From Pirellulales bacterium (GTDB lineage Bacteria > Planctomycetota > Planctomycetia > Pirellulales > JAICIG01), in the NCBI GenBank assembly GCA_040901675.1, contig JBBDYJ010000035.1, positions 213,351 to 277,350 on the forward strand: 64,000 nucleotides of DNA, given 5' to 3'. Shown piece after piece: positions 11,002-21,565 of the stretch. Made by a program: the position numbers and the translations under genes. The notes under the pieces are model-generated. The model saw only the letters and a list, made by a program, of their open reading frames with translations, was not told where the DNA came from and did no database searches. Position 1 is the stretch's first letter. Each line of letters opens with the position of its first letter.

Positions 11002-12396
11002 CTAAATCTTGGCCGCGACCGCTGCCGGACACGAAATCTCAGGCCCGATCGCCACCCGCCGTCGTTTGGCGGCGGCCCACCACCAGCCGGCCAGCGCCGC
11101 GGCCACCAGCGGCCATAACCAGGCACCGGTCCGCGCGTGCCATGGTCCATGCCACCACATCAGCCCGCCTATCAGGCCGCCGGCCGCGCTGAGCACCAAA
11201 AAATCGGGCCGCAGCCGTGGATGCTCCGCCAGCAGGACCGCCAGCACGTAGTAGCCGGGGGCCAACAGGGGCACGAACCAGCGGATCGAGCAGCAGAGCC
11301 CGGAGTAATTGTTCGAGGCGGCGGCATACAACAGCCATGTACCGCCGAAGAGCCCGGTTGCAAACAGCAGCTCAGGCCAGTGCCGCGACCGCCGCCGCCA
11401 CAGCAGGACGAAACCGGGCAATGCCAGCAAGAGCGGCAAGCTGTGGGTGACGAGGCCTCGCTTGCCCAGCAGCATCGCAACGGCATACAACATGCCGCGC
11501 GGCAGCGATTCGTGGTTCCAGCCCCCCGTCATATTGCTGGGGTTGAAGGGCGAGCCAGGCCAGACAAAGTGCTGCGGGGCAGCGCTCGCCGGTGTCCACG
11601 TGCCACCGATCGCGTAGTTCAGCACATGGTGCAGCGCCAGCCAAGGGACGGCCGCCACGACAAAGGCCGCCATCGACGCCAGGCTGCGGCACCGGTAGGC
11701 GACCAGGCCGACCGTCGCGAGCAACAGCACCGGCCCGACTCCCAGGTCGATCGTGTATCCGGCGCCCGCCAGCGTGCCGCACCAGATCAACCGCGGCCAT
11801 AGCGGCCCATGGGCGTCGCCATCGCTTCGGATTTGTTGTGCCAACCTCTCCAGCGACAGCACCAGGGCGGCGACGACTCCCAGCAGCAGGATGTGATTGT
11901 TGACGTGCCTGGTGTACGGCAAGGCAATCGTGGCCAGCGAAAGACTGGCCGCCAGCAGCAGCGCGTCGCCCCGTGAGAGCCGCAGGGCAATCGCAAGTTG
12001 AAACAGGCACCAGGCGGCCGCTACGTACGCCAGGCCCGACGTGGCTAGGGTCATCGCGTAGCAAAAGACCGCCGGCTGCTCGCGGGCCGTCAGGCCGGTG
12101 AACGATTGCAGCAGCTTATACCCGCCGGCCATTGCCAAGGCCGGCACCGGCGACTTGTCTGAGTAGAACCGGCCGCCGATGAACATCTTGTCGCTGGTGA
12201 GCGGCGCAAACACCGATCGATCGATGGCCCAGGTCTGATAGTCGACGAGCGACTCGACGGTGGCCAAACGGCTGGCGTCATTCCAGCCACCCGGGTAACT
12301 CCGGGCGCCGACCATGGCGAGCAGCAGTGCCGCGGCCGCCACCAGCGCGCCGGCCGGCCGGAGGGATGCGTGGCCAGTTCCATTTGTGGATTGCAC
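11002..12396 (-). CDS. Polytopic membrane protein, putative GT-C glycosyltransferase (paralog A)
   Basis: GTG start with GGAGG RBS; GGWNDASRLATVESLVD, GRFYSDKSP, NNYSGLCCSIRWFVP. Confidence 0.7.
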   Translation of the reverse strand: MQSTNGTGHASLRPAGALVAAAALLLAMVGARSYPGGWNDASRLATVESLVDYQTWAIDRSVFAPLTSDKMFIGGRFYSDKSPVPALAMAGGYKLLQSFTGLTAREQPAVFCYAMTLATSGLAYVAAAWCLFQLAIALRLSRGDALLLAASLSLATIALPYTRHVNNHILLLGVVAALVLSLERLAQQIRSDGDAHGPLWPRLIWCGTLAGAGYTIDLGVGPVLLLATVGLVAYRCRSLASMAAFVVAAVPWLALHHVLNYAIGGTWTPASAAPQHFVWPGSPFNPSNMTGGWNHESLPRGMLYAVAMLLGKRGLVTHSLPLLLALPGFVLLWRRRSRHWPELLFATGLFGGTWLLYAAASNNYSGLCCSIRWFVPLLAPGYYVLAVLLAEHPRLRPDFLVLSAAGGLIGGLMWWHGPWHARTGAWLWPLVAAALAGWWWAAAKRRRVAIGPEISCPAAVAAKI

Positions 12397-12551
12397 CGGG
12401 GGTCCTCCCTGACGCGGCGGCGGTTCTTGTTCGGAGGCCGGCAGCGTACAGAAAGAGGCCCTCCATGCCAACGCGAGCCACCGGCTGCTAGCGTCGCCGC
12501 TTGGACCTGGTTTGTAGTGACCCCATTCATGGGGTCGTGTCGCGCGACCCG

Positions 12552-14096
12552 CTAGCGTTGCCGCTTGGGCTTTGCCTCGGGCGCCGCGGCCGATTGCTCT
12601 ATTGGCCGCCTGCGCAGCCTCGGCAGGATGCACAAGAGCCAGCCGCCGAGTCCTATCGCCTGCAAATGCCAGATCCAGGGCACCTCCTCCGGTGTCCAGG
12701 GGCCAACCGACCACATGCAGGCCCCCACCAGCAGGCCGACGCCGGTGAGCACCGCCAGGTCGAGCCGGTATTGCGGGCTCTCCCGCACGAGCACCGCCAC
12801 GATGTAATACGCGGCCGCCACCAGCGGCACGAACCAGCGTATCGAGCAGCAGGTACCCGAATAGTTGTTCGACAACAGCGAATAGAGCAGCCAGGTCCCC
12901 AGGCACCAGGCGGCGGCCCAGAGCACTTCGGGCAACTCGGCCGGCCGCCGCCGCAGGGCCACCGCCACTCCGGGCAACGCCAGCAGCACGGGCAGGTTGT
13001 GGCCAAAGAAGCCGCGATAGAAAAGCCCCTCGCTGTTATCGATTCCCACCAGCAGCGAGGCGGCATACCACAAGAAGCAGCCGATCGAATCGTGGTTCCA
13101 GACCCCGGTCATGTTCTCGGCGGTGAACGGCGAGCCAGGCCAGGTGAAGTATTCCGGCACCGAGGCGGCCGGAGTGAACGTGCCGCCAATCTGCCAGTTC
13201 ACCGCGTGGTGCAGCGCCAGCCAGGGCAGCGCGCCCAGCGAGAAAACCGCCAGCGCCAGGCCCGCCGCGCGTCGCAGCCGGTAGCCGATCACCGCCGCCG
13301 TGCAAAGCAAAAGCACCGGGCCGGTCCCCAGATCGATGGTGTAGGCCAGCCCGGCCAGGCAGCCGGCCCAGGCCACGCGTGCCCACGGCAACCGTGCCGG
13401 CGGCGCGGGCTGCCCGATCCATGCGCGGGCCAGCCGTGCCAGGTTCAAGGCCAGCAGGGCGGCGACCGCCAACAGAAGGATGTGATCGTTGACAAAGCGT
13501 GTATATGGCAGCGCCACGGTCGCCAGCCCAAAACCGGCCGTAAGGCCCAGCCGGATTCGCAGCGGCACGTCGAGCACGCGGCCGAGCTGAAACACCGACA
13601 GCACGGCGACGACGTACGACAGGCCGGACGAGCCGAGCGTCATCCAGTAGCAGAACGCGTTCGGATTGCTCTTGGCGGTCATGCCGGTGAGGGCCTGCCA
13701 GATCGCATACCAGCCGGCCAACAGCAAGGCGGGCACCGGCGACTTGTGCGAGTAGAAGCGGCCATCGACATGAATCTTGTCGAGCGTGCCGAACAGCCCC
13801 ATGAGGGGATACTCGGGATGATACGGGCTGTCCTTCAGGTCCTCATAGGTGGGATGCCGCCCTTGCAAGTCGATTCCGCTGAAGATCGAGCGGTCGATGG
13901 CCAGCGTGTGATGGTCGACCAGCGACTCCACGGTGGCCAGGCGGCTGCCGTCGTTCCAGCCGCCCGCGTAGTCGTGCGCGCTGGCAACCGCGACGGCCGC
14001 GGCCCCGGCCAGGACGATCCAGCCGGCCGCCCGCCGGCGCCTGTCGGCCGGATCGCCGCCATGTGCCTTCGGAGGCCGAGTACGGTTTCTGGGCAC
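12552..14096 (-). CDS. Polytopic membrane protein, putative GT-C glycosyltransferase (paralog B)
   Basis: GGWNDGSRLATVESLVD, GRFYSHKSP, NNYSGTCCSIRWFVP; start uncertain (14096 or 14153). Confidence 0.7.
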   Translation of the reverse strand: MPRNRTRPPKAHGGDPADRRRRAAGWIVLAGAAAVAVASAHDYAGGWNDGSRLATVESLVDHHTLAIDRSIFSGIDLQGRHPTYEDLKDSPYHPEYPLMGLFGTLDKIHVDGRFYSHKSPVPALLLAGWYAIWQALTGMTAKSNPNAFCYWMTLGSSGLSYVVAVLSVFQLGRVLDVPLRIRLGLTAGFGLATVALPYTRFVNDHILLLAVAALLALNLARLARAWIGQPAPPARLPWARVAWAGCLAGLAYTIDLGTGPVLLLCTAAVIGYRLRRAAGLALAVFSLGALPWLALHHAVNWQIGGTFTPAASVPEYFTWPGSPFTAENMTGVWNHDSIGCFLWYAASLLVGIDNSEGLFYRGFFGHNLPVLLALPGVAVALRRRPAELPEVLWAAAWCLGTWLLYSLLSNNYSGTCCSIRWFVPLVAAAYYIVAVLVRESPQYRLDLAVLTGVGLLVGACMWSVGPWTPEEVPWIWHLQAIGLGGWLLCILPRLRRRPIEQSAAAPEAKPKRQR

Positions 14097-14251
14097 GGAT
14101 TTCGCTCCGCTTTCGCTATGCCACCGGACGCTGAGGACAAGAAAGTCCGCCACCCAGTTGACCAGAAGCGGGACAGGGTCCGCAATCGGTCTGGATAATG
14201 GGCCCGGGCCGGCGTAACCTGGACTGGCCGAGAATCAGCGGAGCACCGCGC

Positions 14252-15265
14252 ATGCCGACCCGCATCGCCGTTTTCAGCAGCAAACCATACGATCGGGATT
14301 TCCTTTCGGCCGCCAATCAGCAGTACGGCTTCGACCTGGTGTTTCTGGAACCGCGCCTATCGTCCGAGACGGTGGCGCTGGCCGCGGGTTTCCCGGTCGT
14401 CTGCGCGTTCGTGAACGACCGCCTCGACGCGGGGGTGCTGGAGAAACTGGCGGCCGGCGGCACCCGGATTGTGGCGATGCGCTGTGCCGGTTTCAACAAC
14501 GTGGACATCGCGACCGCGGAGAGGCTGGGAATCCGTGTCGTCCGAGTCCCCGCTTACTCTCCTCATTCGGTCGCCGAACACACGGTGGGGTTGATGCTGA
14601 CGCTGAATCGAAAGATCCACCGGGCCTATTTCCGCGTGCGGGAGGGGAACTTTTCGCTCAACGGCCTGCTGGGATTCGATCTGCACGGTCGAACCGCCGG
14701 GATTGTCGGGACCGGGCAGATCGGCGCCGTCGTCGCCCGGATCATGGCGGGATTCGGTTGTCACCTGCTGGGCTTCGATCCGTACCCGAACCCCCAATGC
14801 GAAGCGCTCGGCATGCGGTACGTCCGGCTCGAAGAGTTGCTGGGCCAGTCGGATATTGTCACGCTTCACTGCCCCTTGAACCCATCCACGTACCGGCTGA
14901 TCGACGCCAAAGCAGTCCAGCAGATGAAACGCGGCGCCATGTTGGTGAATACCAGCCGTGGGGCGGTCATCGACACAAAGGCCGTGATCGACGGACTGAA
15001 ATCCGGCCAGATCGGCTCGGTGGCATTGGACGTGTATGAGGAGGAAGGAGACTACTTCTTCGAGGACCTCTCCGAAAAGGTGATCAGCGACGACGTCCTG
15101 GCCCGGCTGCTGACGTTCCCGAACGTGCTCATCACGGGTCACCAGGCATTCTTCACGCGGGACGCGTTGGAGAGCATTAGCGCGACGACGCTCAAGAACG
15201 TGCGGGACATCGAACTCGCGGGGCATTGCGGCAACGAAGTCACCAGCCAGCTCGTCGGGCGGTAG
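14252..15265 (+). CDS. ldhA: D-lactate/D-2-hydroxyacid dehydrogenase
   Basis: [46 protein letters not shown]. Confidence 0.92.
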   Translation: MPTRIAVFSSKPYDRDFLSAANQQYGFDLVFLEPRLSSETVALAAGFPVVCAFVNDRLDAGVLEKLAAGGTRIVAMRCAGFNNVDIATAERLGIRVVRVPAYSPHSVAEHTVGLMLTLNRKIHRAYFRVREGNFSLNGLLGFDLHGRTAGIVGTGQIGAVVARIMAGFGCHLLGFDPYPNPQCEALGMRYVRLEELLGQSDIVTLHCPLNPSTYRLIDAKAVQQMKRGAMLVNTSRGAVIDTKAVIDGLKSGQIGSVALDVYEEEGDYFFEDLSEKVISDDVLARLLTFPNVLITGHQAFFTRDALESISATTLKNVRDIELAGHCGNEVTSQLVGR

Positions 15266-15421
15266 CTGGAAACAGACATCGAGGAGTAGCCTCCCCGGGT
15301 GTTTCGGGCCAATGCCGGATGGCCCGCAAATTCGCAGGATTGAAGAAGCAGCTAGCGCTGGGTGAGGGTATGCTCAATCCGCGTCGAGCGAACAAAGATC
15401 AACAAGCACGGGAGACCGGAA

Positions 15422-15826
15422 ATGGCAACGGCAAGCTCGGACTTTGGTTTGGCCGTGATTGGTCAGATTGCGCTGGTCGTGAGCGACCTGGAGCGGGCAA
15501 GCAGGTTTTATCGCGACGCGCTGGGAATGCGGCTGCTGTTCGAAGTCCCCGGAATGGCATTCTTCGATTGCGCGGGCATCCGGCTGATGTTGACGTTGCC
15601 CGAGCCGGGCAAGTCGGCCGGCACCAATAGCGTGCTGTATTTCAAGGTTGCTGAGATCCAGGGGGCACACGACGCACTCGGTGCCCGCGGGGTGGCGTTC
15701 GTCGGCCCGCCGCACAAGATCGCCCGGCTCGCGGACCACGATCTCTGGATGGCCTTCTTCCGCGATCCGGATCAGAACCTGCTGGCCCTCATGAGCGAAG
15801 TACCGCACGCGCCGACTGACAAGTAG
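15422..15826 (+). CDS. VOC/glyoxalase family protein
   Basis: IGQIALVVSDLERASRFYRDALG and FFRDPDQNLLALM. Confidence 0.9.
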   Translation: MATASSDFGLAVIGQIALVVSDLERASRFYRDALGMRLLFEVPGMAFFDCAGIRLMLTLPEPGKSAGTNSVLYFKVAEIQGAHDALGARGVAFVGPPHKIARLADHDLWMAFFRDPDQNLLALMSEVPHAPTDK

Positions 15827-15874
15827 TAGCTGACAAAACTACCGCGGAGGACGCAGAGACACGCGGAGAAAGTC

Positions 15875-18800
15875 TCACTCGCGGACTTCCACGGTCACGG
15901 CCATCACCACGGGAGCCGTGTCGTCGGGGCCCTTGATCAGCTCGATCTGGCGGATCACGCCGGGCCGCTGGGGATGGATCGCCAGGTAGCGAATCTGCTG
16001 GCCGCGCAACGGGAAGGCGAACGTCGAGCCCGGCACGTCGACGCGGCGGATGTAGTCGGCGAAATGCTCCCCGTTCTTGAGCGGATGGTCCTCGGTCTGG
16101 CCGTCGTCGTAGTGCAGCCGGACGATCAGCGAAACCGATCCCTTCTCGCCCAGCGGATGACCCCAGCCGCTCACGCCGCTCAGCAGGTGCACCGCCTTGG
16201 CCGGCGCATTGCAGGGCAGACTGACGGCTCTTGGCATGGTCGGCGGAAACTTGCCGTTCGGGCCATACAGCAATACCACGTTCGGAACCCGGCCGCCCTG
16301 GGGATCGACCAGCTGGAAGGGAATCCCCTGGAACGTCTTGGCCGACCAGTCGTCGAACACCAGCCGCTCGGCGGTCGCCTGCTCGTTGTAGAACATGCCT
16401 TGCGTGCTGGCGATGGTCGCCCCGCGCGCCAGTGGAATGGGCAGGTACTTGCCCCGCTGCGCCAAGAACTCCAGCAGGTCCAGCAGCTCGTCCGGCGTCA
16501 CCTGCTTCTCGAAACCCTCAGGCATCAGCGACTTCGATGAGGCCGCCAGTTCCTCGATCTCGTCGCGCACCAGCACCTGCTTCTTCCCCTCGGCATCGAA
16601 CAACTCGACCGAGGTTTTGGTCTCGGAAGCCAGCAGCCCGGCGAACACCCGCCCGTCGGCCGTCACCACGGTGTACACCCGGTAGTTCCCCTCCACGCTG
16701 CGGCTGGGATCGATGATCTGCGTGAGCAGCTCGGCCTTGGGGTGCACGGCCATGCCGGTCAGATCGGGGCCGACCTTGGTCCCTTCGCTGCCGTGCACGT
16801 GGCACTTGGCGCATTGCTTGACGAAGACCTGCTTGCCCGCCACCGCGTCGCCCCGTTGCTCGGTGAGCGGCATCAGCTCGTCCAGCACTTTCTGGCGATC
16901 GGCACTGGGCAGGCCGCCCCCCTTCGACAATAGCTCCCGCGCCCGAGCGGCAATCGACGCCCGAGGATGGGCAATCAGCCCTTGCCGCTGATCGAGCGGC
17001 AGCTCGGCCAACTCCAACGTGCCCTGCTCGGCCGCTAGAACGAGCGATTCGGTCCAATCGGTCCGGTTCAACAGGATCCGCAAGGCCGCCGGGCGAACGG
17101 CCGGCGTCAGCCGCGCCAGGCACTCGATCAAGGCCTCACCGGCCTCGGCGGCCTGGCTGCGCCCCACGGCCTCCAATAGCCCCGCGGCAAGCTCCGGAGT
17201 GGTACGGGGCGTGATGAGCTCGAGCAGTTCGTTCACGGCGTCCGCATCGGAGCGTGCCAGCTCGATCAACCGTGCCGCGGCCTCGATGCGGGCCCGCTCC
17301 GGCCGCTCGTCGTCGGCCGCCAAGGTGAGGAACGACTTACGGATCTCGACTGCCTGCTCTGCCAGTTGCGAACTGCCCCAACGTGTGGCCAGCGTGACCA
17401 GCCGGCCCTGGGCGGCCGGCGGCAAGCGCTTGAACAGCTCGACCAGTGCCGCTTCGTCCGCCCGCTCCAGCGGTGCGGGCCGATCCGCCGGCCAGCCGAG
17501 CGCCAGCCCCTCGACGATTGCTTCAGTGGTGCTGGGTGGTGCGCTCCTCAGATCAGCAACCAGGGGTCCGACCGTGTTGGCTGGCCCACCGCGCGCGTAA
17601 TGCTCGGCCACGGTTGTGACGACGCCGAGCGGAGTTGGTCGGCGCATCCGATTTCGTGGTCCGCCCCTCGCCTCGTCACCCCTTTGAACCTGCGGCTCGG
17701 CGGCGGCAGCCAGGGCCGGACCGGCGGCCATCGCCTTCAAGAACGCCAGGTCGTGCGCCGCCGCGGCACTCGTGGCCGCATCCAGGATCCAACGGTCGCT
17801 TGCCGCGGATCGCGAGTGCAGCAGTTCGGCGACTACCTCCGCGGCCGCACGCGAGAGGGGAATTTCGGCCAGTGCCAACAGGGCCGCCAGTCGAACTTGC
17901 GGATTCTGGTCATCGAGCAGGCGGCTCGAAAGAATCAAGTCCACCGACTCGCTGGTGCGAGGCAGAACGGAGACGGCGGCCCGCCGCACTCCGGCCGATG
18001 GGTGCTCGAGAGCCGCGACGGCGGCCGCGGTCGCCTGGCCGTTCGCGCCGTCCAGCACCCCAAGGCCGTGCATCGTCCACAAGGCATGGATGGCCGCCAC
18101 GTTGAGGCCGGTTTCGTCGACGCTCGGGTCGGCGGCGAGTCGGGCCAGTGCGGGCAGCACGTCCAGGCTGCCGCGCTCGACCAGCAGCCGCTGCGCGTGC
18201 CTGCGCCAGAACATGTTGCCGTGCCCGAGGGCCGATACAAGCCGCTCGGGCGATGCGCCGGCCAGGGAAATCGGCTCATCAGGCGGAGCCTTCGTGTAGA
18301 CGACGCGATAGACGCGGCCATGCTTCTTGTCGCGCAGCTCGCTCTCATAGGCATTGCCCTTCCCGGTCTTAAAGCCGGCCGGCGTGGGGTTGTGCTGCAC
18401 GATGTAGTTGTACCAGTCGATGATCCACACGTGCCCGTCGGGTCCGACTTCGGCCATGATCGGCGCGCTCCACTGGTCGTCGCTGGCGACCAGGTTCCAG
18501 GCATACTTGGAGCGAAAGCCGCTGCCGGCCGCTTCAATCAAAAACGTGGCGGTCAGGTGCCCCGTCGGCCCGTTGACGAACGCGGCCCGGTTCCAGTATT
18601 CGCGAGGATACGTGCGGGCCGTGTAGAGGGCATGCCCGGCGGCCGCGGTGAAGTTGCCGTGGTGGTCGACCTGCCGCACGTTGTCGGTGATGGGATAGAA
18701 TCGCGCGCTGTCGGCGATGGGCGGCAGCACGCTGGAGGACCAGCCCCGGACCGATTCGTAGTAGCGGTTGGCGATCGGCACGTGGACGCTCGGGTTGCCG

Positions 18801-20287
18801 TTGGCCGTCGACCCGAAGACGATTCCTTCTTCGCTGACGCCCACGCCCCAGGAGTTGTTGTCGGTATTGCGCACGAACTCCATCTTCGAGCCGTCGGGGC
18901 GGAACCGATAAAAGCCGGTCCGGAAGGAGTGCCTCTCGCCGCCGACGCGGCCTTCGAACCCCGCATAGCCCACCATGCCCCAGATCCAGTTGTCCAGGCC
19001 GTACTGCATGTTGCTGGGCCCGGCGTGTGTGTCGGCCGTGGACCAGCCGGTGAACAGCACCTGCCGCTCGTCGGCCACGTCGTCGCCGTCGGTGTCTTTG
19101 AAAAAAAGCGTATGCGGGGCCTGGTGAACGATCACTCCCCCTTGCGCAAACGCGAGGCTGGTAGGGATGCTCAGCTTGTCGCAGAAGACGGTGAACCGGT
19201 CGGCCCGGCCGTCGCCGTCGGTGTCCTCGCAGATGCGGATGCGGTCGTTCCCCTGACCTTCAGGCTGCAGGTCGTTCGGGTAGTCGGCCGTTTCGGCGAT
19301 CCAAAGCCGGCCGGCGGCGTCCCAGTTCATGGCGATCGGCTTGCCGATGTCCGGCTCCGAGGCGAACAACCGCACCTCGAAATCGACCGGCGTCACGAAG
19401 TGCTTCAGCGACTCTTCGGCCGCCAGGGGCAACTGCATTTGGTGGATCGGCTCGCCGACCGTGCCCCATCTCTCGCCGGCCGGATAGAAGGGAATCTCCG
19501 CTTCGACATATTCGAAAGGCGCCACGTCGGCCCGCGGCTCGGTCATCCGGGGGCGCTCGGCGAAGGCCGGCACCTCGCCCGGGTCGGCGCCCACCGCCCA
19601 GCGGATGCCGCGCTCGACCAGGTTCTGAAAACCCCGATGACCCCAGGTCCGCTCGTCGTGCCCCCAAGCGGTATAGAAGACGCGGCCCTTTCCATGCGTG
19701 CGGACCCACGTCCACGGCTCGCGTCCGCCTTCGTCGGGCCGGAACTCCAGCACGACGCGGTCTTTCTCGTTATGCCGCTGGTGCACGTAGGTTTCGTCCC
19801 AGCTCTCGAATCCTTCGAAGCCGCGCATCAGCGGATGCTGCGGTTCGGCGACCGTCGTGCGGAACACGCCGGTCCCGTGCCGCTGGAACTGGGCACCGAC
19901 CAGCTCGATGTAGCGGTCCGAGTTGAGGAAGCAGTACGACGCGCAGTGGATCGGAATGAATCCCTTGCCGCCGGCCACGAAATCGAGCAGCGCCCGTTCC
20001 TGCTCCCGCGAGATTCGCTCGATGTTGGCATAGACGATCAAGCCGTCGAAGCGGGCCAGCGAACCGGCGGCGAGATCCTCGACCTTCTCGGTGTAGGTCA
20101 GCTCGATGCCGCGGGCCGCCAGCACCGGCTGAAGCTGGGCAAATCGCTCGGCCGGCCGGTGGTGCCCCTGGTCGCCCAGGAACAGCACGCGGATGGGCTG
20201 CGGCTCGGCCGCTCGAACGAGCGAGGGGAGCAACAACACGAGTGCAGCCAGCAGCGGCCACTCGACAATCTTTGGTCGGCGGATCAT
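15875..20287 (-). CDS. PVC-type heme-binding CxxCH protein (ThuA-like + dehydrogenase-like propeller + HEAT-like + cytochrome c)
   Basis: GRVFYTAWGHD, DTDGDGRAD, GPDGHVWIIDWYN, CAKCH...GPDLT; start re-called at MIRRPK. Confidence 0.9.
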   Translation of the reverse strand: MIRRPKIVEWPLLAALVLLLPSLVRAAEPQPIRVLFLGDQGHHRPAERFAQLQPVLAARGIELTYTEKVEDLAAGSLARFDGLIVYANIERISREQERALLDFVAGGKGFIPIHCASYCFLNSDRYIELVGAQFQRHGTGVFRTTVAEPQHPLMRGFEGFESWDETYVHQRHNEKDRVVLEFRPDEGGREPWTWVRTHGKGRVFYTAWGHDERTWGHRGFQNLVERGIRWAVGADPGEVPAFAERPRMTEPRADVAPFEYVEAEIPFYPAGERWGTVGEPIHQMQLPLAAEESLKHFVTPVDFEVRLFASEPDIGKPIAMNWDAAGRLWIAETADYPNDLQPEGQGNDRIRICEDTDGDGRADRFTVFCDKLSIPTSLAFAQGGVIVHQAPHTLFFKDTDGDDVADERQVLFTGWSTADTHAGPSNMQYGLDNWIWGMVGYAGFEGRVGGERHSFRTGFYRFRPDGSKMEFVRNTDNNSWGVGVSEEGIVFGSTANGNPSVHVPIANRYYESVRGWSSSVLPPIADSARFYPITDNVRQVDHHGNFTAAAGHALYTARTYPREYWNRAAFVNGPTGHLTATFLIEAAGSGFRSKYAWNLVASDDQWSAPIMAEVGPDGHVWIIDWYNYIVQHNPTPAGFKTGKGNAYESELRDKKHGRVYRVVYTKAPPDEPISLAGASPERLVSALGHGNMFWRRHAQRLLVERGSLDVLPALARLAADPSVDETGLNVAAIHALWTMHGLGVLDGANGQATAAAVAALEHPSAGVRRAAVSVLPRTSESVDLILSSRLLDDQNPQVRLAALLALAEIPLSRAAAEVVAELLHSRSAASDRWILDAATSAAAAHDLAFLKAMAAGPALAAAAEPQVQRGDEARGGPRNRMRRPTPLGVVTTVAEHYARGGPANTVGPLVADLRSAPPSTTEAIVEGLALGWPADRPAPLERADEAALVELFKRLPPAAQGRLVTLATRWGSSQLAEQAVEIRKSFLTLAADDERPERARIEAAARLIELARSDADAVNELLELITPRTTPELAAGLLEAVGRSQAAEAGEALIECLARLTPAVRPAALRILLNRTDWTESLVLAAEQGTLELAELPLDQRQGLIAHPRASIAARARELLSKGGGLPSADRQKVLDELMPLTEQRGDAVAGKQVFVKQCAKCHVHGSEGTKVGPDLTGMAVHPKAELLTQIIDPSRSVEGNYRVYTVVTADGRVFAGLLASETKTSVELFDAEGKKQVLVRDEIEELAASSKSLMPEGFEKQVTPDELLDLLEFLAQRGKYLPIPLARGATIASTQGMFYNEQATAERLVFDDWSAKTFQGIPFQLVDPQGGRVPNVVLLYGPNGKFPPTMPRAVSLPCNAPAKAVHLLSGVSGWGHPLGEKGSVSLIVRLHYDDGQTEDHPLKNGEHFADYIRRVDVPGSTFAFPLRGQQIRYLAIHPQRPGVIRQIELIKGPDDTAPVVMAVTVEVRE

Positions 20288-20556
20288 AAGACAGGACTCC
20301 TTGGCAGACGAGGGTGCGGCCGCGGCCGGTCGCGCAACGAGCGGGCTCACCGGGATTTTATCCCAGCGAGCCGCCGTGCTACAGCTTAGACTATACGGCA
20401 GCCGCGGTCCCGCTGAAAGCCGCCGGGCCGCCAACGAATCCGACCGTCCCCGTGGCGGCCGGCAGTAAGTTCTGCTTGTAGGATGGCTTAAGTGCGCCGA
20501 CCTGCGGAGCAGGCCGGCGTTCGGCGTCCCGCGCCCGACCCAAGGGGAATTGCACC

Positions 20557-21471
20557 ATGATCGACAGGCCAATCGGCAGAGGGCAAGCGTTGGGCAAGGC
20601 CGTCTTGCTCGTGCTGGTGTTCTGCGTAGCAACGGCCGCAGCCGGCGAGCCGCTGAGTGTGGCCGAAGTACCCGCTCTGCTGCGCGAGGAGCTGGCGCTC
20701 GCCCCGTTCTATGCCAAGTGCGTGCCTGACGCCCCGATTCCCGTGCTCGGCTCGCAAAAAGTCTCGGACTACGCCTTGCTGGAGGCGGCCTGGCTGGTGG
20801 AGCGGATGCTGTCCGGCCGAGAGGATCTGGCCGAGGCCTTGAGGAAAAGCAGGACGCGGCTGGCGGTGATGGCGCACGATGAGTTCACCACCGACGTGCC
20901 GGAGCACAGCGACCTTACGCCGCCGGAGTATTGGAACAAGCGGGCCCGCGGGCTGGGGGCCACGCGCCGGCGGCCGGCGGTCAGTTGCGGCGAAGAGAAC
21001 CTGTTGAGCTACCCCGGCGACCCGTACGTGGGTGAGAACATCCTGATCCACGAGTTCGCCCATGCCATCCACGAGATGGGCTTGAACTCGGTCGACGAAA
21101 CGTTCGATGCACGGCTTGCCGGCGTCTATGCCAAGGCAATGGAAACCCAGCTCTGGAAGGGCACGTATGCCGCCACGAACAAGAACGAGTACTGGGCCGA
21201 GGGAGTGCAGTCGTGGTTCAACACCAACCGCGTCAACACGCGCGACCACAACCACGTGGGCACGCGCGAGCAACTGAAAGAGTACGATCCGGCGCTGGCC
21301 GGCCTGATTGCCGAGGTGTTTGGCGACGACCCCTGGGTCTACTCGGTCCCGGCCGAGCGCAGCGCGCCCGGCCATCTGGACGGCTACCGCCCGGAGGACG
21401 CCCCGCGCTTCACCTGGCCTGACCACATTCTCGAAGGTTTTAAGAGGTTCGAGCGGGGCCGCCGCGACTGA
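20557..21471 (+). CDS. Secreted zinc metallopeptidase-like protein
   Basis: Signal peptide; HEFAHAIH zinc motif; EYWAEGVQSWF. Confidence 0.8.
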   Translation: MIDRPIGRGQALGKAVLLVLVFCVATAAAGEPLSVAEVPALLREELALAPFYAKCVPDAPIPVLGSQKVSDYALLEAAWLVERMLSGREDLAEALRKSRTRLAVMAHDEFTTDVPEHSDLTPPEYWNKRARGLGATRRRPAVSCGEENLLSYPGDPYVGENILIHEFAHAIHEMGLNSVDETFDARLAGVYAKAMETQLWKGTYAATNKNEYWAEGVQSWFNTNRVNTRDHNHVGTREQLKEYDPALAGLIAEVFGDDPWVYSVPAERSAPGHLDGYRPEDAPRFTWPDHILEGFKRFERGRRD

Positions 21472-21565
21472 CGCGACACCGGGCGGCCGGCGCGTTACCA
21501 TGTTTTTCAGGTTGCCATGTCTTTTTGGCGGCGTGACGCGGTCCGGCGGCAAGACGAAAGGAAAC

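Noticed and set aside
17366..20389. 1007-aa plus-strand ORF and many other long antisense ORFs
   Set aside because: These are shadow frames of real high-GC genes and carry no recognisable motifs
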